Notes: generated by a model not told the origin, from the letters alone. A stretch of 64,000 nt of DNA from Candidatus Moanibacter sp. (GCA_965215885.1 CBDCEW010000090.1:32001-96000); one strand, 5' to 3'; shown: positions 1-9,711, counted from the stretch's first letter. Numbers and translations: made by a program.

Positions 1-263
1 AGATGGCCGATGCGGTGATAACACTGGGCCTCAAGGATATCAAACCGGTCCTCCGCCTCGGCCAATATGCGGTTGCCCTCCTTTTCAGCGAGTTTGGCAT
101 AGGCTTCATATTCGAGGGAGGTGGGAGAGCGAGGCGTTACGGCCTCTCCTTCATTCGTATCCCGCACCCAGCCCTCGAAGGCTACGAATCCACCGGCCCG
201 AACATCGGCAAACGGTTGCTTTAGATCCAGCTTCTCAAGAGCGGTATCCGCGATTCTAAACAT
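1..263 (-). CDS. moaE: Molybdopterin synthase catalytic subunit (3' part outside the window)
   Basis: Manual minus-strand translation from ATG at 263 gives MFRIADTALEKLDLKQPFADVRAGGFVAFEGWVRDTNEG...LEYEAYAKLAEKEG...CYHRIGH, which has MoaE motifs. Lies downstream of moaD. Not in the ORF track. Confidence 0.9.
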   Translation of the reverse strand, partial: MFRIADTALEKLDLKQPFADVRAGGFVAFEGWVRDTNEGEAVTPRSPTSLEYEAYAKLAEKEGNRILAEAEDRFDILEAQCYHRIGH

Positions 264-283
264 CAGGTTCGTTTTATCGTCTC

Positions 284-342
284 TAAGAGCCTGCCGGCAA
301 GTTCGGGGTACGAGTTTAGCGTGATGTTCGGACAGGCTCTTA
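284..342. repeat. 59-bp mini-MITE-like relic
   Basis: 10-bp perfect terminal inverted repeat TAAGAGCCTG...CAGGCTCTTA between moaD and moaE. Confidence 0.5.
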
Positions 343-343
343 C

Positions 344-604
344 TCAACCGCCGGCGACAGGGGGGATAAAGACGACCTCATCACCGTCTTCCAATTCACA
401 ATCAAAGTCGGCAAATTCTCCGTTTACCGCAACTTTCAGATCGTTGGTCGTCAACGCAAAAGCGAATTCGCTCTTGAGTTCCTCATAGAGAGCACGGGGA
501 GAATCGGCAACGGTTTCACGCCTCTCACTGCTAAGCCCGCGCTGTTCACGGAGCAGGGCGTAGTATTGCAGCGCGACAGTTTTGGAGGAGGTAGGACGAC
601 TCAT
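344..604 (-). CDS. moaD: Molybdopterin synthase sulfur carrier subunit
   Basis: 86 aa; YYALLRE near the N-terminus, VAVN, and C-terminal FIPPVAGG di-glycine. Confidence 0.95.
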   Translation of the reverse strand: MSRPTSSKTVALQYYALLREQRGLSSERRETVADSPRALYEELKSEFAFALTTNDLKVAVNGEFADFDCELEDGDEVVFIPPVAGG

Positions 605-617
605 ATCTTAACTGCCA

Positions 618-880
618 GAAGAGGGGTCACAGAGCGCCACAGAGAAGCACAGAGGACCACGGAGAGTTGAACAGAAGGAACCGGAGAGGAATAAAAAAGG
701 AAGATTAGCTCCACGGAATTGTTTGAACATCCAACATCGAACGCCCAACATCGAAGTAGGGACCTTCGGTGTTCATGTGAGGAGCATGGCCCGCAAACCT
801 TTGAATTTCCTGCATTCCTGCTTTCCTTATTCACCTCTCCGTTTCTCTCTGTTTCTCCCGGCGCGCCGGGATTCAACTCT
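618..880. repeat. Intergenic short-period repeat cluster (cacagag nonamers, aacatcg heptamers, ttcctgc block, 16-bp palindrome)
   Basis: Blocks at about 722-770 and 799-833 recur in inverted orientation at 56885-56945 and 56783-56817. Confidence 0.7.
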
Positions 881-941
881 CTTCTCCCCGCAAGGACCTT
901 CCATTTTCCGATTCTTTCCAAAATTGGCAATGCAGAATGGG

Positions 942-1559
942 CTATTCCTTCATTCGAATTCGTTTCAACGCTTCGAGATATTCCTCCTCCGTATTGACAT
1001 TATCGAGCGCATAGGGATTGGGCTGATCGAGCAGATGCGCATCGGATTTATAGAGAATCTCACGAGGAGAGAGGACGTTCCGGTTCTCGACATATTCCAG
1101 CAGGACCTCAAGAGAGTTCGGTTCATAAATGGCACACAAGGGTTCCGGCAACCCATCCCGCCTATTTCGAAAGGCAGTAAAGCGCCTGGAAGGAATTCGA
1201 TTGTTAAGGAGGTAGCGGATCGTATCGAGATCGAGAAAGGGGAGATCGACGGCCAGAACGAGCCAGGGACGATCCGGATGCATCTTGAGCGCCGTCAATA
1301 TTCCGGCGAGCGGACCGGCTCCCGCCGCGAGATCGAAGAGCGGCTTGACGTCGAAATCTACGAACTCAGCGGGCGGAACCTGGTCCTTACGCAACGAGAC
1401 ATACACCTCGGCACAGATCTGAGAGGCCAGCCTGATAATCCGACTCAGCTGCGTCCGGCCCTCGTATAGCAGGTCCGCTTTTTCCCGACCCATGCGCCTG
1501 CTGCGGCCGCCCGCCAGGACCAACCCCCAGAGTTCCTTTTCTTCGTTTTCAAGTTCCAT
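942..1559 (-). CDS. mobA: Molybdenum cofactor guanylyltransferase
   Basis: LAGGRSRRMGREKA, GPLAGI, AVDLPFL, EPLCAIY and NVNT motifs. Confidence 0.93.
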   Translation of the reverse strand: MELENEEKELWGLVLAGGRSRRMGREKADLLYEGRTQLSRIIRLASQICAEVYVSLRKDQVPPAEFVDFDVKPLFDLAAGAGPLAGILTALKMHPDRPWLVLAVDLPFLDLDTIRYLLNNRIPSRRFTAFRNRRDGLPEPLCAIYEPNSLEVLLEYVENRNVLSPREILYKSDAHLLDQPNPYALDNVNTEEEYLEALKRIRMKE

Positions 1560-1615
1560 GGTGCAAAGTATACAGACAATCCCGCTCTTCTCGACTCGTC
1601 TCCGCTCTGCCGGTG

Positions 1616-1665
1616 CACACTTTTAGCGTCAAACCTTCGATTGCTGGCTGCCCCGGTCTTGTGCC
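1616..1665. repeat. Left part of a REP/REPIN-like element (full copy at 52728-52974), cut by the adjacent transposon
   Basis: gattgctggctgccccggtcttgtgcc (1639-1665) is identical to 52748-52774; the upstream ttagcgt..cctt is also shared; similarity stops abruptly after 1665. Confidence 0.75.
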
Positions 1666-1985
1666 CATAATTACGAAATTGGGTTGGAGAACCCAAAGTA
1701 AATGTTATTCAGGCACTTGCAAGATTCTATTGATTACATAGTATGCCAGAATGGAGTTTCAACGATTGTTGTGTGTGGGTTCGTTAGAGGTAGAGAGCTT
1801 TTCCTGCAGGTTTGTTTTCAGTTAGAAACTTGTTGAGTATTAATCAGTTACAAAAGCGCTTTGAACGGGGAGTTGATTTCTGGTGGCAATTGAGTAGAAG
1901 CGAAGGGAGCTGGAGAAAGTTGGTATTGGCATTGTATGTAAAATAAAGTTTGCAGTTTTGCCTCCTTTCCATACTGTGCCGGTGC

Positions 1986-2702
1986 ATGCAAGAAGAGCTT
2001 TCGCGTAAAGAGAGGGAGGTGGTCGAAGCGGTACGGCGGGATCGGGTAAGCACGGTGTGGAGGCTGATGAAGGAGCAGAGGGTGTCGCGGCGAACGGTCT
2101 ATCGGGCTTTGCAAAAATATGGCCATTACTCCAGTTACAATGCCAATTGTGGCTACCTGAGCTTGAAAGACATTCCGCGCTTTGACGGGGCCGGTTTGTG
2201 GCGTTTTCGCAAGGGGCGCTTTTCGCGCCACGGCACCTTGGAGGAGACCGTGGAGGCGGTGGTGGGAGCTTCGCTTTGCGGCTACACGGTGGCTGAGTTG
2301 GAGACCCTCCTTGGGGTACGGGTGCACAACCCCATAAGCGTGCTTTGTAGAAAGAAGCGGTTGAGTCGATACTATGAAGGGCGTCACTGCGTGTATGTCT
2401 CGGCCGGGGAACAGGGCGGGGCCGAACAGAAAAAGCGGCGGCAAGGGCGAAGAACAGCGGCACAAGTTCAGGCAGGGGACCCCGGGGGCGCTTTGCAGGC
2501 AGCTCCCGAAGGGCTCGAAACGATGGTCGTGATCGCTTTGCTGGTCGCCTGTATCGGCCATCCCGAGGCCGGGGTCAAGGAGCTTGTCGAGCTTATGCAA
2601 GAGCAGGGAGTAGAGCTGAGCGGGGAGCAAATTGAGCGGGTGATGGCGTTTTACTCGCTCAAAAAAAACCGGAACGATCGCGGTAGCGGAGCTGTTACAT
2701 GA
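1986..2702 (+). CDS. Transposon ORF1, putative HTH DNA-binding accessory protein
   Basis: SRRTVYRALQ HTH-like segment; ends across an A8 run (2661-2668) overlapping the ORF2 frame. ATG at 1986 preferred over 1950. Confidence 0.6.
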   Translation: MQEELSRKEREVVEAVRRDRVSTVWRLMKEQRVSRRTVYRALQKYGHYSSYNANCGYLSLKDIPRFDGAGLWRFRKGRFSRHGTLEETVEAVVGASLCGYTVAELETLLGVRVHNPISVLCRKKRLSRYYEGRHCVYVSAGEQGGAEQKKRRQGRRTAAQVQAGDPGGALQAAPEGLETMVVIALLVACIGHPEAGVKELVELMQEQGVELSGEQIERVMAFYSLKKNRNDRGSGAVT

Positions 2703-2703
2703 T

Positions 2704-4521
2704 TTGCGGGCAGAGGCTGAACGGGCCCTGCAAACGGTGGGGGCTGTGCCTGCGCAAACGAGTTATCGCTTCGATGCCCGGGAGGACGAAGAGGGTCCTT
2801 CAGAGGTGCGCAAGACCCTGCGCCGCAAGGTGGTCAGTTTCTCCTATGGATGCTTCCAGGCGGTGGAAGTTGTGCGCGAGCAGGGGCAAGGGAGCCACCG
2901 CAACAGCTACCGTTCTGCTCGCCTGGAACAGATCGTGCCCTCGCATAGTCGCTACGCTTACGATCTGATTGCCTATGTGGGCAAGCGATGTTTGTGCGAA
3001 AGCGCCACCCTCAAAGAGGTGCACAGGGAACTGCGCGAGGGCCCGGGGCAGCTGCAGATTGCTCAAAGCAGCCTCTATGAGATGCAGCAGAAGTTTCTTT
3101 TTTATCTGGGTCGGCTGCACGCCGCGGCCGCTCCGGTGCTTAAAGATTACCTGAGCGCTCGCCCTTGCCTGCGCTGGCTGGTGGATGGGACCGTGGAACC
3201 GCAGACGCCGGTTTTCTTCGCTGTTCAGGAAGCCGACGAAGGGATCCTTTTGGGCAGCTGGAAAATGCCTTCCGAACAGAGCGAAACGATCAGTGGCTGT
3301 TTTGCCCGGGCGGCCCGGGCTTTTGGCCAACCCCACCATGTCTATCATGATTTAAGCGCTCAGATCAGCAAGGCCTGCGAGAGCGAAACCTTCCAGGCCC
3401 CCCATGGCGTCTGCCATTATCATTTCGCCCGCAATGTGGGCGAACAGCTTTATCGAAAACCCCAGCAGATGCTCAACGGGCGCTTGCGGCAATTGAAGCT
3501 CATGGAGCGCATGCGCGAGCAACGCAAACACATCACCGCAAAGCTCCGTGACGCCCTCCGTGAAAAACACGCCCTCGTCCTGGCCGATTTGCTCACCGCC
3601 AAAGCGCTCGCAGTGCCCTTCGATCCCACCCTTGCACGGGAACTGCTCATGGCCCTGCAATTGTGGATTTTGGATTATCCCTGCGACGGTCACCGCCAGG
3701 GCTTTCCCTTCGATCCTTACCTGCTTTATTGGCATCGGCGGGTCGTGCGCGCCCATGCCGCCCTGGAGCAGTGGCTTGCCCGCGCTCCTGCCAGTTGCTC
3801 TGTTCTGCGAAGCTTCTTTCATCTTTCGACCGGGTTGAAGCAGTATCTGGCTGATGCCCTCGTCATCGAAGCCGCTACTATCTATGAAAACGCTTTTTGC
3901 ATTTTCAGCGCTTTGCGCGATGCCCTTTGGCTCAGCGCCAGCGGCCCCTGCCCTTTAAGCGACCCTTATCTGTTGCAAGCAGGACAAGCCGCTGAGCTCA
4001 CCGAGGCTCTCCAGTTGCTGCGTGCCCAATATCGCCAAAAAGGCGCCTCCCTGACCAACCCCTCGAAAGCCAAACTCTACCGCACCGTGGTCACTCATCT
4101 GGACAAATACTGGCAGCGGCTGCTTCCCCCACCGGCCCATCCAGACAGCGTACGCACGACCAATGAGCTGGAAGGCACCTGGCGCACCTCCAAGCGCAAA
4201 CGCCGTCAAACCCACGGGCGCAAAAATCTGACGCGCGACTTTGAAGCGCTCCCCGAAGAATACATGCTCCTGGCCAACTTACACAATCCCCGCTATGTGG
4301 AGCTGGTTTTAGGCAGTATCGATAATCTGCCCCAAAAGCTTGCCCAGGCTGCACAGAAAGCACCCCCCTTCAGTCACTGGCGGGCGAACAGAAAAACCCT
4401 CGCCGTGGGTCGATTGCCCAAAAAGCTCCTGCGAAAAGAAAACTTCCTTGAGGAACTCTTCGAAGTCTGTAATCGCCAGGATCAATCCTTAAACCCGCAA
4501 CCCCATCGGATTGCCTCCTGA
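2704..4521 (+). CDS. Mutator-like DDE transposase
   Basis: VDGT (D1), YHDLS (D2), CHYH (C-x2-H signature), RTTNELE (E). The frame is open from 2644. Confidence 0.75.
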   Translation: MRAEAERALQTVGAVPAQTSYRFDAREDEEGPSEVRKTLRRKVVSFSYGCFQAVEVVREQGQGSHRNSYRSARLEQIVPSHSRYAYDLIAYVGKRCLCESATLKEVHRELREGPGQLQIAQSSLYEMQQKFLFYLGRLHAAAAPVLKDYLSARPCLRWLVDGTVEPQTPVFFAVQEADEGILLGSWKMPSEQSETISGCFARAARAFGQPHHVYHDLSAQISKACESETFQAPHGVCHYHFARNVGEQLYRKPQQMLNGRLRQLKLMERMREQRKHITAKLRDALREKHALVLADLLTAKALAVPFDPTLARELLMALQLWILDYPCDGHRQGFPFDPYLLYWHRRVVRAHAALEQWLARAPASCSVLRSFFHLSTGLKQYLADALVIEAATIYENAFCIFSALRDALWLSASGPCPLSDPYLLQAGQAAELTEALQLLRAQYRQKGASLTNPSKAKLYRTVVTHLDKYWQRLLPPPAHPDSVRTTNELEGTWRTSKRKRRQTHGRKNLTRDFEALPEEYMLLANLHNPRYVELVLGSIDNLPQKLAQAAQKAPPFSHWRANRKTLAVGRLPKKLLRKENFLEELFEVCNRQDQSLNPQPHRIAS

Positions 4522-4573
4522 CAACGACTCCAGTGCCCTCCCTCTGCTCCCCATTTTCTTCATGCTCTAACTA

Positions 4574-6490
4574 GACCTTATCCGAAAAGCTACTGATTGG
4601 CCGCAAAGAGGCGCAAAAGGCGCAAGAAAAACTTGAGAAAAATCATTTTTTGGCTTGATAAAAAGTGTCGCAACATGCTAGTGTTTAACAACCTAAGATT
4701 AAGAAAGGAGTTAAACATGCCAACATGTGCGACAGAGGAGAACAAAAGCGATAAGACGCCCCTTAGCAACCTCATTCTGCCGGTTCCAGACACGGATTTC
4801 CGTGATTTTCTGGATGAAGTTGAAGAATTGGCCGGGTTCGCGGCGCAAATCATCGAGGCGATCGAGAAGGATCTGGACGCCCATGCGCGTGAGAAGAAGA
4901 AACTTCGATTGGAAGATCGAAGGTTCTTTGAAGGGCGCACAGCGGAGCTGCCGGAGCTGGACATCGAGGAGGAGAATATTCTGGCTGCTGAATTGAATCT
5001 TGGGGCAGGCCGGCCGCGGATGCCGGCTTATGCGGTATACGTGTTCGTGATGATTCGAGGGTTTCTGGGTTCGTTGACCACGAAACCGGCACGGCGGTTT
5101 GTGCGCGAGTCGATGAGCTTGTACGGATTTTTGCAGAGCGGGGGACTGAGAATGCCGGCGGTGACGACGATTCTGGAGAACGTGAACCTGGTCAGCCATA
5201 CGACCCGCGAGTTGATCTTTGATAAACAGATTGGGTTTATCCTCCAGGAGCAATGGGACGATTTCGGGAAGCTGACGATCGACAGCACCTCGGTGAAAGC
5301 AAACAGCTGCTGGCCCACCGATGGGAAGATTCTGAGCGGTCTTTTGATGCGGGCCAATCGTTTGGGTCAGAAGTTGCATGTCTTCGGGCTGGAGGATTTT
5401 CGCAAGGGATGGGTTGGGCGTTGGCTGGAGGAAATGGACAAGCTGGAGTTTCAGATTTGTCTGGCCGCGGGCAAACCGAAGTCGAAGGGCAAGCTGAAGA
5501 AACACTACCGGCGGTTGCTCAAGCGGGGCCGCAAGGCGGCCGACTCACTAACGGGGGAACTGAGCCATCTTGAAGAGGGCCTGTCGATGGATTCACTGCC
5601 TCCCACTCGCCGGGAGCTTCTGGAGCGGGCATTGAGCCAGATCAGGGGTGATATTGCCGACGCCAAGCGGGTTGTTGAGTATGCTCATGATCGGGTGTTT
5701 CACGAAAAGAAGCTACCGTCCACACAGAAGGTCCTGAGCCTCTCGGACGGATCGGCGGCCTACATCAAGAAGGGCAGCCGCAATCCAGTGATCGGGTACA
5801 AGCCACAACTGGTTCGCAGCGAAAACGGTTTTGTCACCAGCCTGATCGTACCGCAAGGCAACGCGGCAGACTCCATTGAGCTGGCGCCGGCCATCGGCGA
5901 TTCGATCAAGCGCACCGGTGTCATTGCTGAACTGGTCAGCACCGATGACGGATATGCTTCGGCGAAGGGACGCAAGGAGGTGCTGAGCATGGGGGTAAAG
6001 CAGATCAGTATCAGTGGGGCGAAGGGCAAGAAGTTGACCACCCCCGAGGACTGGGAGAGCGAGGCGTATCGCGAGGCACGCCGCGATCGCTCCGCAGTGG
6101 AGTCGCTGATGTTCACGATTAAAGATGGATTTGCCTTTGGCGAACTCGGCCGCCGCGGCATCGATGCGGTAGGCGATGAACTGCTCGAGAAGGTTCTGGC
6201 CTACAACTTCTGCCGCATCATACTGATGAAGAAACGCCGAGGGGAGGAACTGGAACAGGCAGCCTGAATCTGACCGCTTTGAAGCTCAGAGAAAAAAGCA
6301 CCACGGGATGAGTATGCCTCCAGACAGCGGCAAATATACGTATTGTGCAGCAAGCCACGCCGATGGCCGCTCAATACCTGCTCATCGGCAGCGCCGGCAG
6401 CCTAAAACCCGAAACCTGCCAGCCATAGGCTGGTCCGCCCGTGGCGGAGAACCTTAAACCGCCCGCTCGAAAGGCTTTTCGAATGGGGTC
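4574..6490 (+). mobile_element. ISNCY/IS5-like insertion sequence, copy 1 (1917 bp)
   Basis: 17-bp imperfect TIRs GACCTTATCCGAAAAGC / GACCCCATTCGAAAAGC (rc). Flanks TAACTA (4568-4573) and TATCTA (6491-6496). Confidence 0.9.
4717..6267 (+). CDS. DDE transposase (ISNCY/IS5-like)
   Basis: IDSTSVKANSCWPTD, TDDGYAS and RSAVES motifs. AAGGAG RBS before ATG 4717. Confidence 0.9.
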   Translation: MPTCATEENKSDKTPLSNLILPVPDTDFRDFLDEVEELAGFAAQIIEAIEKDLDAHAREKKKLRLEDRRFFEGRTAELPELDIEEENILAAELNLGAGRPRMPAYAVYVFVMIRGFLGSLTTKPARRFVRESMSLYGFLQSGGLRMPAVTTILENVNLVSHTTRELIFDKQIGFILQEQWDDFGKLTIDSTSVKANSCWPTDGKILSGLLMRANRLGQKLHVFGLEDFRKGWVGRWLEEMDKLEFQICLAAGKPKSKGKLKKHYRRLLKRGRKAADSLTGELSHLEEGLSMDSLPPTRRELLERALSQIRGDIADAKRVVEYAHDRVFHEKKLPSTQKVLSLSDGSAAYIKKGSRNPVIGYKPQLVRSENGFVTSLIVPQGNAADSIELAPAIGDSIKRTGVIAELVSTDDGYASAKGRKEVLSMGVKQISISGAKGKKLTTPEDWESEAYREARRDRSAVESLMFTIKDGFAFGELGRRGIDAVGDELLEKVLAYNFCRIILMKKRRGEELEQAA

Positions 6491-6496
6491 TATCTA

Positions 6497-8413
6497 GACC
6501 TTATCCGAAAAGCTACTGATTGGCCGCAAAGAGGCGCAAAAGGCGCAAGAAAAACTTGAGAAAAATCATTTTTTGGCTTGATAAAAAGTGTCGCAACATG
6601 CTAGTGTTTAACAACCTAAGATTAAGAAAGGAGTTAAACATGCCAACATGTGCGACAGAGGAGAACAAAAGCGATAAGACGCCCCTTAGCAACCTCATTC
6701 TGCCGGTTCCAGACACGGATTTCCGTGATTTTCTGGATGAAGTTGAAGAATTGGCCGGGTTCGCGGCGCAAATCATCGAGGCGATCGAGAAGGATCTGGA
6801 CGCCCATGCGCGTGAGAAGAAGAAACTTCGATTGGAAGATCGCAGGTTCTTTGAAGGGCGCACAGCGGAGCTGCCGGAGCTGGACATCGAGGAGGAGAAT
6901 ATTCTGGCTGCTGAATTGAATCTTGGGGCAGGCCGGCCGCGGATGCCGGCTTATGCGGTATACGTGTTCGTGATGATTCGAGGGTTTCTGGGTTCGTTGA
7001 CCACGAAACCGGCACGGCGGTTTGTGCGCGAGTCGATGAGCTTGTACGGATTTTTGCAGAGCGGGGGACTGAGAATGCCGGCGGTGACGACGATTCTGGA
7101 GAACGTGAACCTGGTCAGCCATACGACCCGCGAGTTGATCTTTGATAAACAGATTGGGTTTATCCTCCAGGAGCAATGGGACGATTTCGGGAAGCTGACG
7201 ATCGACAGCACCTCGGTGAAAGCAAACAGCTGCTGGCCCACCGATGGGAAGATTCTGAGCGGTCTTTTGATGCGGGCCAATCGTTTGGGTCAGAAGTTGC
7301 ATGTCTTCGGGCTGGAGGATTTTCGCAAGGGATGGGTTGGGCGTTGGCTGGAGGAAATGGACAAGCTGGAGTTTCAGATTTGTCTGGCCGCGGGCAAACC
7401 GAAGTCGAAGGGCAAGCTGAAGAAACACTACCGGCGGTTGCTCAAGCGGGGCCGCAAGGCGGCCGACTCACTAACGGGGGAACTGAGCCATCTTGAAGAG
7501 GGCCTGTCGATGGATTCACTGCCTCCCACTCGCCGGGAGCTTCTGGAGCGGGCATTGAGCCAGATCAGGGGCGATATTGCCGACGCCAAGCGGGTTGTTG
7601 AGTATGCTCATGATCGGGTGTTTCACGAAAAGAAGCTACCGTCCACACAGAAGGTCCTGAGCCTCTCGGACGGATCGGCGGCCTACATCAAGAAGGGCAG
7701 CCGCAATCCAGTGATCGGGTACAAGCCACAACTGGTTCGCAGCGAAAACGGTTTTGTCACCAGCCTGATCGTACCGCAAGGCAACGCGGCAGACTCCATT
7801 GAGCTGGCGCCGGCCATCGGCGATTCGATCAAGCGCACCGGTGTCATTGCTGAACTGGTCAGCACCGATGACGGATATGCTTCGGCGAAGGGACGCAAGG
7901 AGGTGCTGAGCATGGGGGTAAAGCAGATCAGTATCAGTGGGGCGAAGGGCAAGAAGTTGACCACCCCCGAGGACTGGGAGAGCGAGGCGTATCGCGAGGC
8001 ACGCCGCGATCGCTCCGCAGTGGAGTCGCTGATGTTCACGATTAAAGATGGATTTGCCTTTGGCGAACTCGGCCGCCGCGGCATCGATGCGGTAGGCGAT
8101 GAACTGCTCGAGAAGGTTCTGGCCTACAACTTCTGCCGCATCATACTGATGAAGAAACGCCGAGGGGAGGAACTGGAACAGGCAGCCTGAATCTGACCGC
8201 TTTGAAGCTCAGAGAAAAAAGCACCACGGGATGAGTATGCCTCCAGACAGCGGCAAATATACGTATTGTGCAGCAAGCCACGCCGATGGCCGCTCAATAC
8301 CTGCTCATCGGCAGCGCCGGCAGCCTAAAACCCGAAACCTGCCAGCCATAGGCTGGTCCGCCCGTGGCGGAGAACCTTAAACCGCCCGCTCGAAAGGCTT
8401 TTCGAATGGGGTC
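6497..8413 (+). mobile_element. ISNCY/IS5-like insertion sequence, copy 2, tandem to copy 1
   Basis: Same TIRs as copy 1. Flanked by 6-bp direct repeat TATCTA (6491-6496, 8414-8419). Differs from copy 1 at 6843 and 7572 (both synonymous). Confidence 0.9.
6640..8190 (+). CDS. DDE transposase (ISNCY/IS5-like), copy 2
   Basis: Protein identical to copy 1 in the ORF track. Confidence 0.9.
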   Translation: MPTCATEENKSDKTPLSNLILPVPDTDFRDFLDEVEELAGFAAQIIEAIEKDLDAHAREKKKLRLEDRRFFEGRTAELPELDIEEENILAAELNLGAGRPRMPAYAVYVFVMIRGFLGSLTTKPARRFVRESMSLYGFLQSGGLRMPAVTTILENVNLVSHTTRELIFDKQIGFILQEQWDDFGKLTIDSTSVKANSCWPTDGKILSGLLMRANRLGQKLHVFGLEDFRKGWVGRWLEEMDKLEFQICLAAGKPKSKGKLKKHYRRLLKRGRKAADSLTGELSHLEEGLSMDSLPPTRRELLERALSQIRGDIADAKRVVEYAHDRVFHEKKLPSTQKVLSLSDGSAAYIKKGSRNPVIGYKPQLVRSENGFVTSLIVPQGNAADSIELAPAIGDSIKRTGVIAELVSTDDGYASAKGRKEVLSMGVKQISISGAKGKKLTTPEDWESEAYREARRDRSAVESLMFTIKDGFAFGELGRRGIDAVGDELLEKVLAYNFCRIILMKKRRGEELEQAA

Positions 8414-9711
8414 TATCTAAGATTGAAGCGGGAAAGCTCCGAATTGATACTGCTCCAGTTAATGTGACGAGAATTTTCCGGGAAATTGCCCAAATCTTCT
8501 CCGCAAAAGTAGATGAGAAAGGACTGAAACTGCAAACGAACATCGATCAATCTATTCCGGCGGAACTCCTTATTGATGGCGCTCGACTCCGACAAATTCT
8601 GTTCAATCTCGTGGGCAATGCCGTCAAGTTCACCGAAGAGGGATTTGTACGCCTGGCAGTGGAAAAGAAATTCACATCGAGTGATCGCAGCAAACTGGAT
8701 TTGTCCTTCAGTGTGCAGGACACCGGCATTGGAATTAGGAAAAATGACCAGGAACGGGTTTTCGAAGCCTTCGCTCAGCAGGATAGCCGGAAATCCCAAG
8801 AGTATGAAGGGACCGGTTTGGGGTTGGCGATCACGAAGCGACTGGTCGAACTCATGGGCGGCTCCATAAGACTCGAGAGTAAAGTAAACGAGGGTACGAC
8901 TTTTGCAATTCGGCTAAAGGAAGTGGCGGCTCCATCAATTGATTCATTCGTCGAGTCTGAGAGCGCTGACAGACCCCCGGTCATTTTTGAGACGGCGTCT
9001 GTGCTCGTCGTTGAGGATAATGCGACGAATCGAGTCCTCATCCGGGAGTTGCTCGAAGAGGTTGGACTGCGTGTCCTCGAAGCCGAGAATGGGAAAATCG
9101 GATTGGAACTGGCGATTGAGAACGAACCGGAGCTTATCCTCATGGACATTTCGATGCCCGTGATGAATGGCGTAGAAGCAACTCGTCAAATTTGGAGCGT
9201 GTCCCAACTTGCCAAAACCCCGATCGTTGTTCTCACCGCGTCGATGAGAAAAGAGGACCGTGACACGGAAGACGATCCGGAATGGGACGGGTATTTGACC
9301 AAACCCATTCAACGAAACGTATTGTTTGACGAACTGAAACGATTTCTGCCCCACAGGATTGATTCCTCACAGGGGACAACGATTACGGCCGTGCCTGATG
9401 CAAAGGCAATGTCGAAGGATCAAGAGGCCTTTATCGGCGATGCGTCGCGTTTGTCCGAACTCGTGCGACGACTGGAAACAGATATGAGGACTGAGTTTGA
9501 GAATTGTTCGAAACGGCTGCGTATGACGCGAGTACAGCAGTTCGCCGAGGCGTTAAGAACGATGGGACAGGAATATCAATCTGGGATGGTGGTTCGGTTC
9601 GCGAGGAATCTTGAGCAGTCGGTCAACAATCTGGACATCGCCGAAATTAAGGAGAATTTAAAAGGGTTCCCTCCGATCGTAGAAACTCTAAAGCAACAGA
9701 TTGCTATTTGA
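8414..9711 (+). pseudogene. 5'-truncated hybrid histidine kinase (end of HisKA, HATPase, REC, C-terminal helical tail)
   Basis: Begins at the IS junction in the frame SKIEAGKL; has NLVGNAVKFT, DTGIG, GTGLGL and LMDISMP; H-box and sensor region absent. Confidence 0.9.

Larger units (their letters stand above)
1666..4567 (+). mobile_element. Two-ORF Mutator-like (IS256-superfamily-type) transposable element, right end missing; left boundary approximate
   Basis: AT-rich leader, ORF1 and a DDE ORF2; abuts the ISNCY-like IS at 4574 with no matching right TIR. Confidence 0.65.

Noticed and set aside
618..770. Possible CRISPR array
   Set aside because: Periods are 7-9 bp with no repeat-spacer structure and no cas genes. 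No CRISPR array was seen in the window.
723..1469. 248-aa + strand ORF and other ORFs over 601-997 and 56687-57039
   Set aside because: Antisense to mobA or translations of intergenic repeats; their shared peptides come from the DNA repeat.
4590..8084. Antisense ORFs within the ISNCY-like elements (e.g. 264 aa)
   Set aside because: Shadow frames with no RBS or domain evidence.
4574..8413. Tandem 1.9-kb repeat as a pure assembly artefact
   Set aside because: The junction carries a proper 6-bp TSD and the copies differ at two or more sites. Read confirmation is still advisable.
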